A program made the translations under genes and the position numbers. A model generated the notes under the pieces. It saw only the letters and a program-made list of their open reading frames with translations, ran no database searches and was not told the DNA's origin. From Thermodesulfobacteriota bacterium (lineage in GTDB: Bacteria > Desulfobacterota_D > UBA1144 > Nemesobacterales > Nemesobacteraceae), in the NCBI GenBank assembly GCA_965197885.1, contig OZ240231.1:1166369-1230368 (forward strand): 64,000 nucleotides of DNA. The letters are read 5' to 3'. Of this stretch, positions 39,101 through 48,411 are shown piece after piece; position 1 is the stretch's first letter; each line of letters opens with the position of its first letter.

Positions 39101-39128
39101 TGTATACAGGATTTTCCACTCCCCCTGA
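36120..39128 (+). CDS. repeat-rich lipoprotein: Pro-rich linker, six cadherin-like beta-sandwich domains and a PQQ-dependent sugar dehydrogenase (SGDH) beta-propeller
   Basis: The start is TTG and the lipobox is VVAC. A PQPPPQSTPT x5 linker is followed by 88-aa repeats (NLSSLVLS...YT.DVPN...VTA.AEDTNA...VTVTAENG...YTVTVNR). The C-terminal motifs are FGPDGKLYVSSG, GVRNTVGFDWHP, DELNR and GFPYCHG. Confidence 0.85.
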   Translation: MNRKKRIPKKDYGFPLISNRSEWDNHKALRLLFLLVFLVVACGGGEEKPNLNESERPPAEPTLPEVLPEPTPQPPPQSTPTPQPPPQSTPTPQPPPQSTPTPQPPPQSTPTPQPPPRKSANANLSSLVLSDISISFSVANTSYTADVPNTVTGTTVTAVAEDTNANVSISPSPVVNLNVGANVITVTVTAENGTVKVYTVTVNREKSANANLSSLVLSDVSISFSVANTSYTVDVPNTVTSTTVTAVAEDTNANVSISPSPVVNLNVGANVITVTVTAENGTVKVYTVTVNREKSANANLSSLVLSDVSISFSAANTSYTVDVPNTVTSTTVTAVAEDTNANVSISPSPVVNLNVGANVITVTVTAENGTVKVYTVTVNREKSANANLSSLVLSDVSISFSAANTSYTVDVPNTVTSTTVTAVAEDTNANVSISPSPVVNLNVGANVITVTVTAENGTVKVYTVTVNREKSANANLSSLVLSDVSISFSAANTSYTADVPNTVTSTTVTAVAEDTNANVSISPSPVVNLNVGANVITVTVTAENGTVKVYTVTVNRERNKKADLSSLVLRPVDITNFSADEISYTVDVKITVTQITVTAAAEDPNASVEISPPSPVEDLEVGENEITITVTVENLSRTYTVIVNVKPTDSLLSDISLPSGFSISYYSNKVPKARSLALGSEGTLFVGTRDDNNIYALVDENDDNYAEVVYEVANNISGPNGVAFKDGDLYVAQRDRIIRYVDIEDYLSSPPTPQVVISMLPAGSGHWWKFLGFGPDGKLYVSSGAPCNVCESENEQYATILRMDSDGTDLEVFAHGVRNTVGFDWHPDSDDLWFTDNGRDNISTNTEINDNSPPDELNRADSAGLDFGFPYCHGEDVMDPDFGSEDNPCDGFTAPQWELPAHVAPLGMRFYTGSMFPASWENVIFIAEHGSWNRSTPVGYRVTSVKLDEDGEASSYEVFAEGWLENDGTAWGRPVDVLVASDGALLVSDDRKGAVYRIFHSP
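36331..36468 (+). repeat. 30-bp in-frame tandem repeat (about 4.6 copies) encoding a Pro/Gln/Thr-rich linker
   Basis: The unit CACCACAACCCCCTCCTCAGTCAACACCAA starts at 36331, 36361, 36391 and 36421. A partial copy starts at 36451. Confidence 0.95.
36471..38054 (+). repeat. 264-bp in-frame tandem repeat: five near-identical copies plus one diverged copy
   Basis: Unit starts are at 36471, 36735, 36999, 37263 and 37527, each beginning AAAAGCGCAAACGCGAATTTATCGAGC. Copies 3 and 4 look identical by eye. A diverged sixth unit spans 37791-38054. Confidence 0.95.
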
Positions 39129-39229
39129 CAACACCACGGCACCGCCCAAACCCAGCCTAAGCACCTGCTAACTTTAACAAATGGAATTCATGCTATAATT
39201 AGAGAAAAAAGGGGCGGAGGGAATTAAGA

Positions 39230-39967
39230 ATGCATAGATATTGCAGGCTGATTATCATTTCAGTTGCTTTGCTAATCGCCTGTTCAGATCAGACCTCGAA
39301 CCAAGTCGTTGAATGCGAAAGTTCGCTGGCTTCCTGCACTTTTCAAGAGATAATACATAGCATACTGCGCAGACAACCTTCCACCCCACTAGAGACTGAG
39401 CCATTCATAATTGACTTTATAAAGGAAAGATACGGAGTCGAAGAAATCGATTGCTCCCATACGCTTTTAAGCGATCATTCAGAATTCGTCAGGATGGCAG
39501 AGCTTTCTCTTGAAGAATCTGGCACCGAAACCGACTGGGAGTGCAAGAGCGGCGAGAGTTTTACCGAATACAAGAAGGGGACTCCCAAACGGACATCGGA
39601 GTTCGAGGTTATAGATCAGACCGCAAAATACGGAATAGTTGAGGGTACGGTAATCGATCCTGAAATGCTTAAGCAGTTGGAGGTCTTGTGGGAGAGTTGC
39701 GAAGTCGGAACCGAACCACCTAACTTTACGGGCGTTTTTAGAAGCTCTATAGGCTTTCTCCCCCTGGAAGATCAAAAGTTTTGCGTAACGCTCGACGTAC
39801 TGCCCGGAGCGAAGCAGTGTTTCGCTAAGACTACTCCCCCAGATGCTATCGAATATTCAAGCCATAACGGAGAAATTAGCCGAGAGTCGATACAAGTTTC
39901 TGAATCAGATTACTGTCGTCTTAAGGAGAACACGGATAGCCAAGCGCAAAGGGTGAAAATATTCTGA
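39230..39967 (+). CDS. hypothetical lipoprotein
   Basis: The signal peptide has the lipobox LIAC (MHRYCRLIIISVALLIACSDQ). A GGGGCGGAGGG RBS region lies upstream. No domain was recognised. Confidence 0.6.
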   Translation: MHRYCRLIIISVALLIACSDQTSNQVVECESSLASCTFQEIIHSILRRQPSTPLETEPFIIDFIKERYGVEEIDCSHTLLSDHSEFVRMAELSLEESGTETDWECKSGESFTEYKKGTPKRTSEFEVIDQTAKYGIVEGTVIDPEMLKQLEVLWESCEVGTEPPNFTGVFRSSIGFLPLEDQKFCVTLDVLPGAKQCFAKTTPPDAIEYSSHNGEISRESIQVSESDYCRLKENTDSQAQRVKIF

Positions 39968-40052
39968 TATCCATGCTGACGTTGGAAAATTGCGAATATG
40001 AATTGCAAATGCGGAGCGAATCCAATTTTGCCGACGGAGCGGCGTAATCGAC

Positions 40053-40601
40053 ATGCGCGTACTTACAGGACAATCCAAGGGAAAAAGACTGAAGGTTCCG
40101 CGGGGGAAATCGCTTAGACCTACTGCGGCCAGAATAAAAAAGTCCATTTTCGACATACTGGGTCCCGAAGTACAGCAGACAAAGGTGCTTGACCTGTTCT
40201 CGGGCTCGGGAAATCTGGGAATCGAGGCTTTAAGCCTGGGCGCCGAGTCCTGCGTGTTTGTTGAGAAAAACCCCGCCACGGCTGGGATAATTACCCAGAA
40301 CCTGCGTTCCTGCGGGTACACTGAACAATCAAGGGTACTCAATTTTGATTTCAGAAAAGCATTGAGTATGTTAAGTGCGGAAAATCGTGGGTTCGATCTT
40401 GTCTTCATTGATCCCCCATATGAGTTTTACGAAAAAACCGAACCGCACGCGCTTGCACGCGAGATACGAAGCGTCGTCGGGGAGAAAGGAATCATGATCA
40501 TTGAACATCCGTCCGGAGACGTCATGAAATCTGAAGGATTTGACGTGAGGACCAGAAAATACGGAGGCACCTCCGTAAGTTTTCTAAGGAGGCTAGATTG
40601 A
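40053..40601 (+). CDS. rsmD: 16S rRNA (guanine966-N2)-methyltransferase
   Basis: The N-terminus reads G..KG..L......RPT....K...F. The SAM motif is LDLFSGSGNLGIEALS and the catalytic motif is DPPY. Length is 182 aa. Confidence 0.9.
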   Translation: MRVLTGQSKGKRLKVPRGKSLRPTAARIKKSIFDILGPEVQQTKVLDLFSGSGNLGIEALSLGAESCVFVEKNPATAGIITQNLRSCGYTEQSRVLNFDFRKALSMLSAENRGFDLVFIDPPYEFYEKTEPHALAREIRSVVGEKGIMIIEHPSGDVMKSEGFDVRTRKYGGTSVSFLRRLD

Positions 40602-41101
40602 ACGGCAAAACGGTAATCTATCCGGGTTCCTTTGACCCTTTCACGAACGGGCACCTGAACATAATCGCCCGGGCTGCGGGCATCTTCGAGAAAATCATAA
40701 TCTCGGTTGGACACAACACTTCTAAGGAAACAACGCTTTCAACCGAAGAAAGAGTGTCTCTGATCGCCGAGGTGACCAAGGATTATCCCAACGTTGAGGT
40801 TGAAAGCTTCGAAGGACTCCTGGTCGACTACATAAAAAAGAAGGAAACCAATACCATATTGCGCGGAATGAGATGCCATTCCGACTTTGAATACGAACTT
40901 CAGATGGCCACCGCGAACAAGCTTATGAACAAAGAGGTGGAGACGCTGTTTATGGTGACCGAAAGCCAGTTCTCTCACATAAGCTCATCTCTCATAAAGG
41001 AAATAATTTCCCTGGGAGGTTCAGCAGAGGGCTTCGTGCCAGCGGTGATTGAGGAAAAACTAATCGAGAAACTTCGCCCGGCAGAAAAGCGGAGGAAATG
41101 A
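40598..41101 (+). CDS. coaD: pantetheine-phosphate adenylyltransferase
   Basis: YPGSFDPFTNGH (HxGH-type nucleotidyltransferase motif) and ISSSLIKE are present. The TTG start lies behind AAGGAGG and overlaps the rsmD stop. Confidence 0.92.
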   Translation: MNGKTVIYPGSFDPFTNGHLNIIARAAGIFEKIIISVGHNTSKETTLSTEERVSLIAEVTKDYPNVEVESFEGLLVDYIKKKETNTILRGMRCHSDFEYELQMATANKLMNKEVETLFMVTESQFSHISSSLIKEIISLGGSAEGFVPAVIEEKLIEKLRPAEKRRK

Positions 41102-41105
41102 TAGG

Positions 41106-42299
41106 ATGAGACTCTCAGAAAGGGTCAGCAACCTAAAACCGTCAGCCACGCTTACGATAACGGCAAAAGCGAAGTCTCTTCGCGCTCAGGGAGTCGATAT
41201 CATAGGGTTCGGAGCCGGAGAACCCGACTTCGACACTCCCGAGCACGTGAAAAAAGAGGGTGTAGCCGCGATTAAAAGCGGCTTTACGAAATATACCGCC
41301 GTGGGCGGAATCGATGAACTCAAAGACGCGATAGCGGCATCTTTGAAAAAAGATCACGGCATTGAGTACTCAAGGGATGAAATACTGGTTTCCTGCGGAG
41401 CGAAACACTCGATATACAATATCACCCAGGCGCTTTTCGAACCCGGAGACGAAGTCATAATTCCCGCCCCCTACTGGGTTTCCTATCCCGAACAAGTGGC
41501 ACTAACAGGCGCAACCCCGGTAATCATAGACACAGACGAGCAAGGACTTTTCAAGATCACCCCGAAGCAGCTTGAAGCGGAAATAAATGAACGGACACGC
41601 GCCCTTATTCTCAACTATCCTTCAAATCCCACGGGAACCACGTATTCGCGGGGGGAGCTTGAGGAAATAGTCAAAGTCGCCCTTGATGCCGGCCTGAGCA
41701 TAATCTCAGATGAGATATACGAAAAAATAATCTATGGAGAAACTGAGCACGTATCAGTTTGCTCTCTTGGCGACAAAGCGAAAAAATCTACCATCCTCGT
41801 AAACGGAGTATCTAAATCCTACTCAATGACCGGGTGGCGTATAGGATACGCGGCGGGAGATAAAAGAGTGATAAGCGCGATGGCGAAGCTTCAGGGCCAG
41901 TCAACCTCAAACCCTTCGTCGATCTCGCAGATGGCCGCCCTTGAGGCGCTTTGCGGACCGCAGGATCTGCTTAACAAAAGGGCAGGGGAATTTGAGAGAA
42001 GGAAAAATTTCATAGTAAGAAGGCTAAATGAAATCCCGGGATTTACGTGCTTTGACCCCATGGGAGCGTTCTACGTGTTTCCGAGCATAAGTGGTTTCGT
42101 TGGAAAAATATACGGAGACAAGAAGATTGACGGATCTGTTTCGTTTACCGAATTCTTGCTTGAAGAAGCGAAAGTGGCCGTCGTGCCGGGTATAGCCTTT
42201 GGAAAGGAAAACCATCTCAGGATATCTTACGCGACATCCATGGAGAACATAGAAGAGGGCCTAAACAGAGTCGAAGAGGCGGTAAAAACCCTGCTCTGA
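41106..42299 (+). CDS. aspC: aspartate/aromatic aminotransferase (class I, PLP-dependent)
   Basis: The motifs GEPDFDTP, NPSNPTG and the canonical PLP motif GVSKSYSMTGWRIGY are present. The C-terminus carries LRISYA. Confidence 0.9.
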   Translation: MRLSERVSNLKPSATLTITAKAKSLRAQGVDIIGFGAGEPDFDTPEHVKKEGVAAIKSGFTKYTAVGGIDELKDAIAASLKKDHGIEYSRDEILVSCGAKHSIYNITQALFEPGDEVIIPAPYWVSYPEQVALTGATPVIIDTDEQGLFKITPKQLEAEINERTRALILNYPSNPTGTTYSRGELEEIVKVALDAGLSIISDEIYEKIIYGETEHVSVCSLGDKAKKSTILVNGVSKSYSMTGWRIGYAAGDKRVISAMAKLQGQSTSNPSSISQMAALEALCGPQDLLNKRAGEFERRKNFIVRRLNEIPGFTCFDPMGAFYVFPSISGFVGKIYGDKKIDGSVSFTEFLLEEAKVAVVPGIAFGKENHLRISYATSMENIEEGLNRVEEAVKTLL

Positions 42300-42407
42300 T
42301 TCCAAACAGAAGGAACCCTTAAAAAAAAGTCGGCAGAATTTCTTAACCTTCAGCTTGGGTGATCCCAGCTCCCCCCCCCCCGTCCGCTTTAAAGGCGAAA
42401 CGTTTGT

Positions 42408-42767
42408 TCATCGACTGCCCTTCCCCATCCTGCCATTCACCACGCCACCCCAGTAACATGTCCGAACGTATCCCTTTCCGATACACCTCTCGCCGGTGCC
42501 AAAGTTATAATAATATCCCGTTGCGCTATCGTAAGACCAAGGACTGTAATCGGTATTGTAACCTCTCATATCTCCGTCCGGTTCAATAGTTGCATTCCAG
42601 TACTTTCCTGTCCTCGTATCAAAGCCATGAAAGTTCGTATTACCTTTAGAATCGGTATTCCAATAGTAGCTGTTTCCAGAAAACCAGTCGTGGCCTGTCC
42701 CGCTTTGGGCATAAGCAGGAAAAGAAAATGCGGTCAGCGACATCAGTAATAACAGCAAGAACTTCAT
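42408..42767 (-). CDS. small secreted Tyr/Trp/Gly-rich hypothetical protein
   Basis: I chose ATG 42767 (MKFLLLLLMSLTAFSFPAYAQ signal peptide). The mature part is rich in aromatic residues, Gly and Asn, with recurring G..YWN / TGYYYN motifs. Confidence 0.55.
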   Translation of the reverse strand: MKFLLLLLMSLTAFSFPAYAQSGTGHDWFSGNSYYWNTDSKGNTNFHGFDTRTGKYWNATIEPDGDMRGYNTDYSPWSYDSATGYYYNFGTGERCIGKGYVRTCYWGGVVNGRMGKGSR

Positions 42768-43045
42768 TCTGCTAAAATAACAGGTTTTGAGCATGCCCGC
42801 AAAAATCCACCCGACAATGAAAAACCAGCACCTATAAATAAACCCCAAAACTACTTCCAGCGGCTTTCCAGAGCATTGTTTAGTGGAAACTAGGATTTAT
42901 GGCCAGTTGTTTCTGAAACTCTTGCCGCATAGACGTTGTGATTACCCCTAAGCTTGTCTTTGTGGGGGATAATCTGTATCATTTCCGTATTGAGGTGAAG
43001 GGGTATGGGCAGGGAATTCTGCTAACTTTCCTTTATAATTCCCCA

Positions 43046-44164
43046 ATGAAATCTTTTAAGATCGGATTTTCCGCAACGCTTTCCGGACGCCACGCTGTTC
43101 AGGGCAAAGAAAGCCTTAAAGGAATAAAGCTTTTTACCGAGCACCTGCGTGAACGGGGCGGAATAAAAACGCCGGACGGAAAGCTCTTACTGCCGGAACT
43201 TGTCTTCTACGACGACGCGAGTGTTTCGGAGAAAACAAGGGAAAACACCCTTCGCTTAATAGAAAAAGACAGGGTAGACATACTGCTGGGACCATACTCA
43301 AGCAGCCTCACGCTTGGGTGCGTTGAGATCGCCGAAAAAGCTCAAAGAGTAGTGTGGAACTACGGCGGATCGCTTGACGACATTCCCGTCCGCGCCCGAG
43401 GGAAGACGGTAAGCGCCATAACCGAGGCATCTTCCTACTTCCAGGCGGTGGTAGACATGATCCACGGCCGCTACGCCGAGGTGGCCGAAATTGCCGTTTT
43501 GCGCCTCGCAGGAAGTCGGTTTTCTCAGACTGTGAGCGAAGGAGCAGTGCTTCGCGCCGAAGAATTGGGGATGTCGGCGGCCGTTTATGACTTTCCCTCC
43601 GGCACAGAAGATTTCTCCGCTATACTAGCCCGCGCAAAAAACCGGGGCGCTTGCTGCGTACTTTGCTGCGGGGGAATGGAAGATGATATAAATCTCGCCA
43701 TATGGATATCGAAAAACTCCGCTCACGGATTCGGGGTAGTGGCAACGCTTGCGGCCGCTGTAAACGAGTTTGTAAAACGTCTCGGGCGGGAGGCCGACGG
43801 TTTTGTCTCGACAAGCCAATGGGAACCGACGCTTTCTGTATCCGTGGATTTCGGTCCGAGTCCGAAAGAATTTTCAGACAAGTTCGCCAGCGCCTACGGA
43901 TACGTTCCCGACTACACCGCCGCACAATCATACAACATGGGGCTTATAATCGAAAAGCTGATCGAGAAGACAGGTGGAATAGACGAACAGGTGCTTTTGC
44001 GCGAAGCCCTGCGCTCTGAGTTTACGACTTTTTACGGAGGTTTCCGTATCGATCCCGGCACCCTCCGCCAGACAGGACACCGGATGTTGGTAACCCAGTG
44101 GCAAGGCGGGGAGAAAAAAATAGTTTTTCCGCAAGAGTATTCGAATTCCCGACTGATAGCCTGA
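43046..44164 (+). CDS. LivK-type (Peripla_BP_6) substrate-binding protein homologue without an obvious signal peptide
   Basis: The motifs IGFSATLSG..A..G, FYDD.S and LLGPYSS are typical of branched-chain amino-acid binding proteins. I chose ATG 43046. No adjacent permease or ATPase genes are present. Confidence 0.65.
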   Translation: MKSFKIGFSATLSGRHAVQGKESLKGIKLFTEHLRERGGIKTPDGKLLLPELVFYDDASVSEKTRENTLRLIEKDRVDILLGPYSSSLTLGCVEIAEKAQRVVWNYGGSLDDIPVRARGKTVSAITEASSYFQAVVDMIHGRYAEVAEIAVLRLAGSRFSQTVSEGAVLRAEELGMSAAVYDFPSGTEDFSAILARAKNRGACCVLCCGGMEDDINLAIWISKNSAHGFGVVATLAAAVNEFVKRLGREADGFVSTSQWEPTLSVSVDFGPSPKEFSDKFASAYGYVPDYTAAQSYNMGLIIEKLIEKTGGIDEQVLLREALRSEFTTFYGGFRIDPGTLRQTGHRMLVTQWQGGEKKIVFPQEYSNSRLIA

Positions 44165-44168
44165 GGGG

Positions 44169-44244
<76 letters not shown>

Positions 44245-44307
44245 GCGCAAAACAGGAGTATAAATCTAGTTTCAAGGCAAGTGTATGTCAAACCCGAAAG
44301 AATTCGG

Positions 44308-44384
<77 letters not shown>

Positions 44385-44522
44385 ACAAAAAACAAGAGTA
44401 ATTAGTCTATTTCAGGAAACATGACTGTCAAACCCTCCGCGCCGAAACAGCGCTTCCACTGTATTGTGAAACGGATTATGTATAATTTTCTCTTTATGCG
44501 TTAAGGGAAAGGAGATCGCCGG

Positions 44523-45824
44523 ATGAATGCCGTAAATATAGGCCTTATAGGCGCTGGAACCATAGGTTGCGGCGTTTATAAAACGATAAGCGAAAACACA
44601 GACATAATAGAAAAAAGAACCGGGATAAAGCTCAACATTAAAAAAGTAGCCGACCTCGACATAAAGAGAAAACGCCCGGTCAAAATCCCGAAAAAGCTTT
44701 TTACCACCGATGCACGGGAACTCATAAACGACGAGAGCATCTCGATAATAATCGAGCTTATAGGCGGAACCACAGCGGCGCGTGAACTGGTTTTGGGTGC
44801 GATACGGAGCGGAAAAAACGTCGTAACCGCGAACAAGGCCCTTTTGGCTCACCACGGGGATGAAATTTTCAGGGAGGCAACCGCAAACGGGGTTCACGTG
44901 GCTTTTGAAGCGAGCGTGGGAGGAGGAATACCGGTAATCAAGGCGACTCATGAGAGCTACGTGGCGAACAACATTCTCTCCATACACGGAATAATGAACG
45001 GGACGTGTAACTACATACTTCACAACATGTCGGAGCAGAAAAAAGGATTCGACGAAATGCTTGAGCGCGCCCAGAAGGAGGGATACGCCGAAGCCGATCC
45101 TTCATTTGACATAGACGGCATCGACGCCGCCCACAAACTATCGATCCTGATAATGCTTTCCTATGGATTCTTTCCGAAATTCGATGACATATACGTTGAG
45201 GGAATAAGAAATGTCTCCTCGATCGACATAAACTTCACCGAGCAACTCGGCTACAGAATCAAGCTGCTTGCCATCGCCAAGCTCACCGATGCGGGCATAC
45301 AGGCGGGAGTTTATCCGGCCCTTATAAGAAAAAATACTCAGCTTGCTGACGTAAAAGACGCGTTTAACGCAATTCATATAGTGGGAGACAAGGTAGGTCC
45401 GACAATGCTCTATGGAATGGGAGCCGGAATGCTCCCGACCGCAAGCGCCGTCGTGGGCGACCTGGTTTCAATCGCAAAAACTGTCCAAAACGGCTCGCAA
45501 CCGGCTCCGCCCATGCTTTATTCCGAGGACGCCGGGCACAGAACTATTATTGGCACAGACCGTCTTACGGGGCGCTACTACCTGAGATTTCAGGTTGAAG
45601 ACAAACCTGGCACTCTCGGAAAAATAACCACGGTTCTCGGGAAGTGCGGAATAAGCATAGAGTCCATAATACAGCGGACAAGAGAAACAAACGGCGGGGA
45701 GGTTCCCATCATAATAATGACCCATGAATCGAGTGAAAAAAACCTCCGAGAAGCGCTTGAGAGCATAAAAAAATCCATGACATCCGTCGCCGATGCGATT
45801 TTCCTGAGGATTGAAGAGATATGA
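44523..45824 (+). CDS. hom: homoserine dehydrogenase
   Basis: An N-terminal GLIGAGTIGCG NAD-binding site is followed by a catalytic domain (EASVGGGIPVI, NGTCNYIL, AEADPSFD) and a C-terminal ACT domain. Length is 433 aa. Confidence 0.93.
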   Translation: MNAVNIGLIGAGTIGCGVYKTISENTDIIEKRTGIKLNIKKVADLDIKRKRPVKIPKKLFTTDARELINDESISIIIELIGGTTAARELVLGAIRSGKNVVTANKALLAHHGDEIFREATANGVHVAFEASVGGGIPVIKATHESYVANNILSIHGIMNGTCNYILHNMSEQKKGFDEMLERAQKEGYAEADPSFDIDGIDAAHKLSILIMLSYGFFPKFDDIYVEGIRNVSSIDINFTEQLGYRIKLLAIAKLTDAGIQAGVYPALIRKNTQLADVKDAFNAIHIVGDKVGPTMLYGMGAGMLPTASAVVGDLVSIAKTVQNGSQPAPPMLYSEDAGHRTIIGTDRLTGRYYLRFQVEDKPGTLGKITTVLGKCGISIESIIQRTRETNGGEVPIIIMTHESSEKNLREALESIKKSMTSVADAIFLRIEEI

Positions 45825-46921
45825 GAGAAGGAGCGGCGGCAACCGTGAGAAAAATGGCTGCGGATATAGAATTGCAGGAACATCCGATGTTCTACAAGAA
45901 TCTTCTGGATTCGCTTCCCGAGGGAGTAATAGTAGCTGACAGGGACCTCAACATAATCTCCGTGAACGAGCCGTCTGAAACCATACTCAATATCTCAAGA
46001 CGCAAGACCGTGGGAAACCATATCTCCAGATTTCTGCCGGAAGAAATAACCAACCTCTGCACCAGGGCTGTGAAGGAAGAAAGAGTCGTGCAGGAAAACG
46101 ACCTGCTCTTCAGCATATCCAAAGACTCGTCAATCAATGTGGAATGCACGGCATCTCCAATACACGGGAACGACGGCGGAATGAACGGACTCGTAATCCA
46201 GATAAGAAACACGGAAAAGATGAACATGATGTCCATCATTAGCAGAAACTGCAGCCTTGAAGAAAATTACGAAACCCTGGTAAGAGGGCTTGCGCACGAA
46301 ATCAGAAATCCTCTGAGCGGCATAAGGGGAGCGGCGCAGCTTCTGAACGGAACACTGTCGAAAACGGAGAAAAGCCGGTGTTCGAAGATAATAATAAAGG
46401 AAGTGGAAAGACTGAAAGATCTGGTCGATAGACTCGTGAAACCGTCATCGGTATCAACGCAGCATCTAATGTCGGTGGATGTAAATGAAATTCTAATTGA
46501 CATAATATTCCTCGAATCGAATCTTAATAAAAACATCAAATTCAACCACAAGCTCGACATTACTATTCCTCCCGTACCAGGCGACTACAACTCCCTGAAA
46601 CAGGTGTTCATAAACATCATCCAAAATGCGGTGAGCTCGATCAGGGGCAACGGGCAGATAACGGTCAGCACCAAGTGGGTCACGGATTACAAGATACGCA
46701 ATAAACACACGGTCTTGATCTCCGTAAAGGACAACGGAACCGGCATACAGAAAAAAGACCTGAAAAAAATATTCACCCCGTTTTTTTCGGGCAAAAAGAA
46801 AGGAACAGGGCTTGGTCTTTTCATATCAAGCCAGGTAGTAGCTAAATACGGAGGAATAATTACCGCGGAGAGTGCGGAGGGAAAGGGCTCCGAATTCAAG
46901 ATACAACTCCCGGCAAGCTAA
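45821..46921 (+). CDS. ntrB: PAS-domain sensor histidine kinase (NtrB-like)
   Basis: A PAS domain is followed by the H-box LAHEIRNPLSGI, the N-box IIQNAV and the G-boxes DNGTGI and GTGLGL. The ATGA overlap with the hom stop suggests coupling, and ntrC lies downstream. The gene symbol is tentative. Confidence 0.8.
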   Translation: MREGAAATVRKMAADIELQEHPMFYKNLLDSLPEGVIVADRDLNIISVNEPSETILNISRRKTVGNHISRFLPEEITNLCTRAVKEERVVQENDLLFSISKDSSINVECTASPIHGNDGGMNGLVIQIRNTEKMNMMSIISRNCSLEENYETLVRGLAHEIRNPLSGIRGAAQLLNGTLSKTEKSRCSKIIIKEVERLKDLVDRLVKPSSVSTQHLMSVDVNEILIDIIFLESNLNKNIKFNHKLDITIPPVPGDYNSLKQVFINIIQNAVSSIRGNGQITVSTKWVTDYKIRNKHTVLISVKDNGTGIQKKDLKKIFTPFFSGKKKGTGLGLFISSQVVAKYGGIITAESAEGKGSEFKIQLPAS

Positions 46922-46992
46922 TAATTATCCGCCCCTTGCCAGCCTGGGAAAAACAACGTGACGCGTGACGCGCTGTCTAGAGAAATCAGATC

Positions 46993-48408
46993 ATGAAGAA
47001 CCGTATTCTGATAGCCGACGACGAAGAAGACATCAGGTGGATACTCGAGACATCCCTTAAGAAGTCGGGATTTGAAGTTGAGTGTGCCGAAAATGGAGAG
47101 GATGCCGTGCGAAAAGCCTGCGAGGAAGCGTACTCCCTGATTCTTCTTGACATAAACATGCCGGATATGAACGGGTTTGAGGTTCTCACCCAGCTTAGAA
47201 ACAGGAAAATTGACTCACCCATAATATTCATTACCGCGCAGAACACTGTCAGTAACGCCATAGGTTCAATGCAGCTCGGCGCCTATGATTACCTGACCAA
47301 GCCGTTTGACCTCGAAGAGGTAAAACTCTTTGCCGAGCGGGCAATAAAAAACTACGATGCCGGAAGAAAAATAAGACTGTCTGAAGATTCCGAGGAGAAT
47401 ATCTCGTTTGAAGAAATAGTCGGCAGTTCGCCCGACATGCTGAACGTATACAAGCTTATCGGTCGTACCGCCTCCAAGAACATCACCGTTCTGATAACAG
47501 GAGAAAGCGGTACAGGAAAAGAACTTATCGCAAGAGCTATCCATTATAACAGTCCGAGAAGAAAAAAAAGCCTGGTATCTGTAAACATATCCGCGATTCC
47601 CAAGGAACTTATCGAAAGCGAACTGTTCGGATACGAAAAAGGGGCGTTTACAGGCGCCGCCGCATTGAAGAAGGGAAGATTCGAGGAAGCTGACGGCGGA
47701 ACCCTTCACATAGACGAAATAGGCGACCTTTCAACAGACCTGCAGTCAAAGCTCCTAAGAGCTATCGAGGAGAAGCAGATCTACCGACTCGGCAGCGAAA
47801 AACCGGTCTCTGTTGACCCGAGAATAATCGCGAGCACGAATAAAAACTTAAAAGATGCCGTCAGGGAAGGTTCTTTCAGAGAGGATCTGTTCTACAGACT
47901 TAACGTCATAAGCGTAAACCTCCCCCCTCTCAGGAAGAGAAAAGAGGACATAAGCGAACTGTTGAGACATTTTCTGAAGAAACATTCTGCGGAATTTGGC
48001 ACTGAGAAGAAGGTCTTCTCTCGTGAAGCGGAGCAATTGCTGATTACCCACAACTGGCCCGGAAACGTAAGAGAACTTGAAAACACCGTAAAACGTCTTC
48101 TGGTTTTAAGTCCCGACAGTATAATAAGCGCGAAGGAGACGAAAGAAGCCATCGATTCGCAAACCGGTTACGGGGAAACAGAAGTGACGGAGAGGAAGAC
48201 TGAAGAACTTGTACGCATGATGGTAGAAAATTCGGACTTCTCCATGCAGAAAGTTCACGAGCAGGTAATCGGCAAAGTTGAAAAACAGTTAATCGAAACC
48301 ATTCTCGCAAAAACTGACGGAAACATGAAACAGGCGGCAACGATACTGGGAATAAACAGAAACACCCTGTCAAAAAAGATAAATGACCTAGGGATAGAAA
48401 AGAGTTGA
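46993..48408 (+). CDS. ntrC: sigma-54-dependent response regulator (NtrC family)
   Basis: A REC domain (ILIADDE...[11 protein letters not shown]) is followed by an AAA+ activator domain with GESGTGKE and GAFTGA. A C-terminal Fis-type HTH reads [15 protein letters not shown]. Confidence 0.92.
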   Translation: MKNRILIADDEEDIRWILETSLKKSGFEVECAENGEDAVRKACEEAYSLILLDINMPDMNGFEVLTQLRNRKIDSPIIFITAQNTVSNAIGSMQLGAYDYLTKPFDLEEVKLFAERAIKNYDAGRKIRLSEDSEENISFEEIVGSSPDMLNVYKLIGRTASKNITVLITGESGTGKELIARAIHYNSPRRKKSLVSVNISAIPKELIESELFGYEKGAFTGAAALKKGRFEEADGGTLHIDEIGDLSTDLQSKLLRAIEEKQIYRLGSEKPVSVDPRIIASTNKNLKDAVREGSFREDLFYRLNVISVNLPPLRKRKEDISELLRHFLKKHSAEFGTEKKVFSREAEQLLITHNWPGNVRELENTVKRLLVLSPDSIISAKETKEAIDSQTGYGETEVTERKTEELVRMMVENSDFSMQKVHEQVIGKVEKQLIETILAKTDGNMKQAATILGINRNTLSKKINDLGIEKS

Positions 48409-48411
48409 AGC

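Noticed and set aside
42371-42381. A homopolymeric C11 tract that might be a phase-variation switch.
   Set aside because: It lies in the non-coding gap between two convergent genes (aspC end 42299, small secreted protein end 42408). It sits downstream of both stops, so slippage would not alter a reading frame or an obvious promoter. It could also be a sequencing or assembly homopolymer artefact.
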